Source: Lytechinus pictus (lineage: Eukaryota). Taken from it: a stretch of 64,000 bases of DNA. Location: the NCBI RefSeq assembly GCF_037042905.1, contig NC_087251.1:21514001-21578000 (forward strand), written 5' to 3'. A program made the position numbers and the translations under genes. Shown piece by piece: positions 62,138-64,000 of the stretch. Each line of letters opens with the position of its first letter. The stretch's first letter is position 1. The notes below the pieces were generated by a model. The model was not told the DNA's origin, searched no databases, and worked only from the letters and a program-made list of their open reading frames with translations.

Positions 62138-62220
62138 CATTTGACCAATCAGGTGAGAGCTTATGACCGTCTGGTCTCGTGTCGTGTAATATCGTACATC
62201 CCAGCGATCTGATATTAAAC
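62138..62220 (+). promoter_or_regulatory. Probable insm proximal promoter
   Basis: CCAAT at 62145 flanked by E-boxes CATTTG and CAGGTG; N-box CTCGTG near 62176; TATA-like GATATTAAA at 62211, about 310 bp before the ATG. Confidence 0.5.
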
Positions 62221-62523
62221 TGCTATGTGTCTCATCTCTTGTCACTTTCCTTGCAGCTTTCTCGAGAATCAGCAGTATTCTCACATCACGCTTAGCTCTC
62301 TTGACTGGAGCTCAAATCACTGTTGCTGCACTCTTTGACTTTTCACATTTTTTTTGCTGCAATACAGCTGCATAGGATTCCTCAAGTGCAACCGAATCAC
62401 TATTTTCGTTGCAATATTCTTGAATTTATTTTTGTGTATAGTTTACGGACAGACACCTGTATTTTAATTTTATCTCTTCAAGACACTTTAACTTGGTGCT
62501 ATTTTACCTCAAACGTCTGCAAT

Positions 62524-63972
62524 ATGCCTCGAAACTTTCTTGTAAAACGGACCAAACGGACTGGCAGCGTGACATACAGACAGAGAACTTCTGATGATGA
62601 GTTTGATGATCTTGGCTTTGTGGATGGTGATCTGACTGATGCTTACATCCGACCTTTTAATTCACCAGATTCCGGTTATAGTCAGAGTCCAGTAGCTCCT
62701 ATCAGCCACAAGGATCCATCGTTGGCATTCCAGTTCGACCGAGATGCTGCTGTTCGATCACCGAATGTTCTCCAGGCATCTGGTCCTGCACTTCCCTCGT
62801 CTCATATACCCTTAACCCCGTGTTTCACGACTGGATACACCGCCACCACCATCACCTCCCCTGTAACTCCCAACATTAAGCTGACTTTAAGTGCTCCTCC
62901 AGCCCTGGGCACCAAGCGACCCAACTCAGATTCAGACCACAAGTCACATCGAGCTAAGAAACCCAAAGCAGCTAGAAAGTTAACCTTTGAGGAAGACAAC
63001 CGTTCCCCTGTTCACGGCACAATCATTCGAGAGGAAATCGATGTCGGCAGCAAGTCAAATGCTCTTGGAAGGACCAATGATCAGAACGGAACAAAACTAG
63101 GAGGAGACTTTTTGTGTAAACTTTGCAAAGAAAGTTACCCGGATCCGCTTTCTCTTGCCCAACATAAATGTTCCTGTATAGTCCATGTCGAGTATCGGTG
63201 CCCAGAATGCGATAAAGTCTTCAACTGCCCTGCAAACTTGGCTTCACATCGGCGATGGCATAAGCCCAAACCAGCCAACAACACCAATAGCAGTCAAAAC
63301 AGGTCGACCCCAACGAACTCTCCCCGGATCTTACCGGCAGGTGGGGCCAAAGATGCCCTTAAACATTACCCAACCACCGTCCTCAACATTCCCGATACAA
63401 CAAGGAAGGGTGATAGTGGGAGCGAAGGAAGCATTAGCAGGGGTAGCACACCAAGTCCCCTCCACCACCTGTTCCCTACATCTATGGACACTCCTCGTAG
63501 CACTCCTAGCCCCAATGTCGCCCACATTAACAACAACAACGATACGAAAACTGGTAATGGTGGCGACATGCTCTACCACTGCGACCAGTGTGGACGCAAA
63601 TTCCGCAGACCAGCCAATCTTCGTCGCCACATGCAACAACATGGAGAAGATGAAACATTTCCCTGCCAATACTGTGGACGTGTTTTCAACAGCCTGACGA
63701 GCAGAGCCAAACACGTCTTGACCCATGCCGTCAACAACAACATTGTGAGCAACCACAGCAACCGAGAATGCAGCGACAGTTACGACGAGAGAGTTTCCCT
63801 GGACCGTCTTGGGAAACTTCAGCAAAATGGCTTACCGGGTGAGATGTACCCTTGTAAGTACTGCGCCAGTATCTTCCCAACCTCACCGGGCCTTACCCGA
63901 CATATCAACAAGATGCATCCATCAGAGAATCGACAGGTGATCCTCCTACAAATGCCTACTCTTCGCACGTAA
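62524..63972 (+). CDS. insm1: Insulinoma-associated (INSM/IA-1) SNAG-domain C2H2 zinc-finger repressor, single exon, 482 aa
   Basis: N-terminal SNAG MPRNFLVKR; KAARKLTFEEDNRSPVHG box; fingers CKLC..LAQHKC and CPECDKVFNCPANLASHRRWHKP plus three more C2H2; C-terminal HPSENRQVILLQ. The start is the SNAG Met, not the ORF-track start at 62323. Confidence 0.97.
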   Translation: MPRNFLVKRTKRTGSVTYRQRTSDDEFDDLGFVDGDLTDAYIRPFNSPDSGYSQSPVAPISHKDPSLAFQFDRDAAVRSPNVLQASGPALPSSHIPLTPCFTTGYTATTITSPVTPNIKLTLSAPPALGTKRPNSDSDHKSHRAKKPKAARKLTFEEDNRSPVHGTIIREEIDVGSKSNALGRTNDQNGTKLGGDFLCKLCKESYPDPLSLAQHKCSCIVHVEYRCPECDKVFNCPANLASHRRWHKPKPANNTNSSQNRSTPTNSPRILPAGGAKDALKHYPTTVLNIPDTTRKGDSGSEGSISRGSTPSPLHHLFPTSMDTPRSTPSPNVAHINNNNDTKTGNGGDMLYHCDQCGRKFRRPANLRRHMQQHGEDETFPCQYCGRVFNSLTSRAKHVLTHAVNNNIVSNHSNRECSDSYDERVSLDRLGKLQQNGLPGEMYPCKYCASIFPTSPGLTRHINKMHPSENRQVILLQMPTLRT

Positions 63973-64000
63973 GTCTGTGATCATAGTGATTGGAACACTT

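Noticed and set aside
62323-62523. 67-aa N-terminal extension of INSM in the ORF track
   Set aside because: It starts at TTG, and the SNAG domain must be at the extreme N-terminus, so ATG 62524 is the start
62802-63825. Overlapping and antisense ORFs within insm
   Set aside because: Expected shadows of a GC-richer coding region; no motifs

Overview
AT-rich animal genomic DNA. The repeat style and gene content suggest an echinoderm such as a sea urchin, but that is inference. The window holds two host genes. (1) The last 11 coding exons of a sodium:solute symporter of the SLC5A5/6/8/12 (NIS/SMVT/SMCT) group lie on + at <1-22811; I joined them by hand with consistent intron phases, including a final GC-AG intron, and the protein ends in a PDZ-type tail (DTTI). 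(2) A complete intronless insulinoma-associated gene (INSM/IA-1, SNAG domain plus 5 zinc fingers) lies on + at 62524-63972. Between them is a near full-length RNase H-containing I-group LINE on - (about 25154-33970), whose ORF1 is split by a 2.75 kb palindromic Academ-type DNA element. Many MITEs (Kolobok/T2, Tc1/mariner, CACTA-like, Harbinger-like) occur, several of them nested. The most notable observations are: a 42-bp intronic minisatellite derived from an exon 3' end plus its splice donor, giving about 30 decoy donors and three AG|GT recursive-type sites; repeated Hairy/HES 10-mer sites upstream of insm; a 217-bp Penelope-like insertion with a 15-bp TSD and two mirror-image minimal hammerhead ribozyme motifs; and a TSD-less head-to-tail dimer of a hairpin-ended element. 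Three N gaps limit certainty locally. No database searches were possible, so family assignments rest on recognised motifs.
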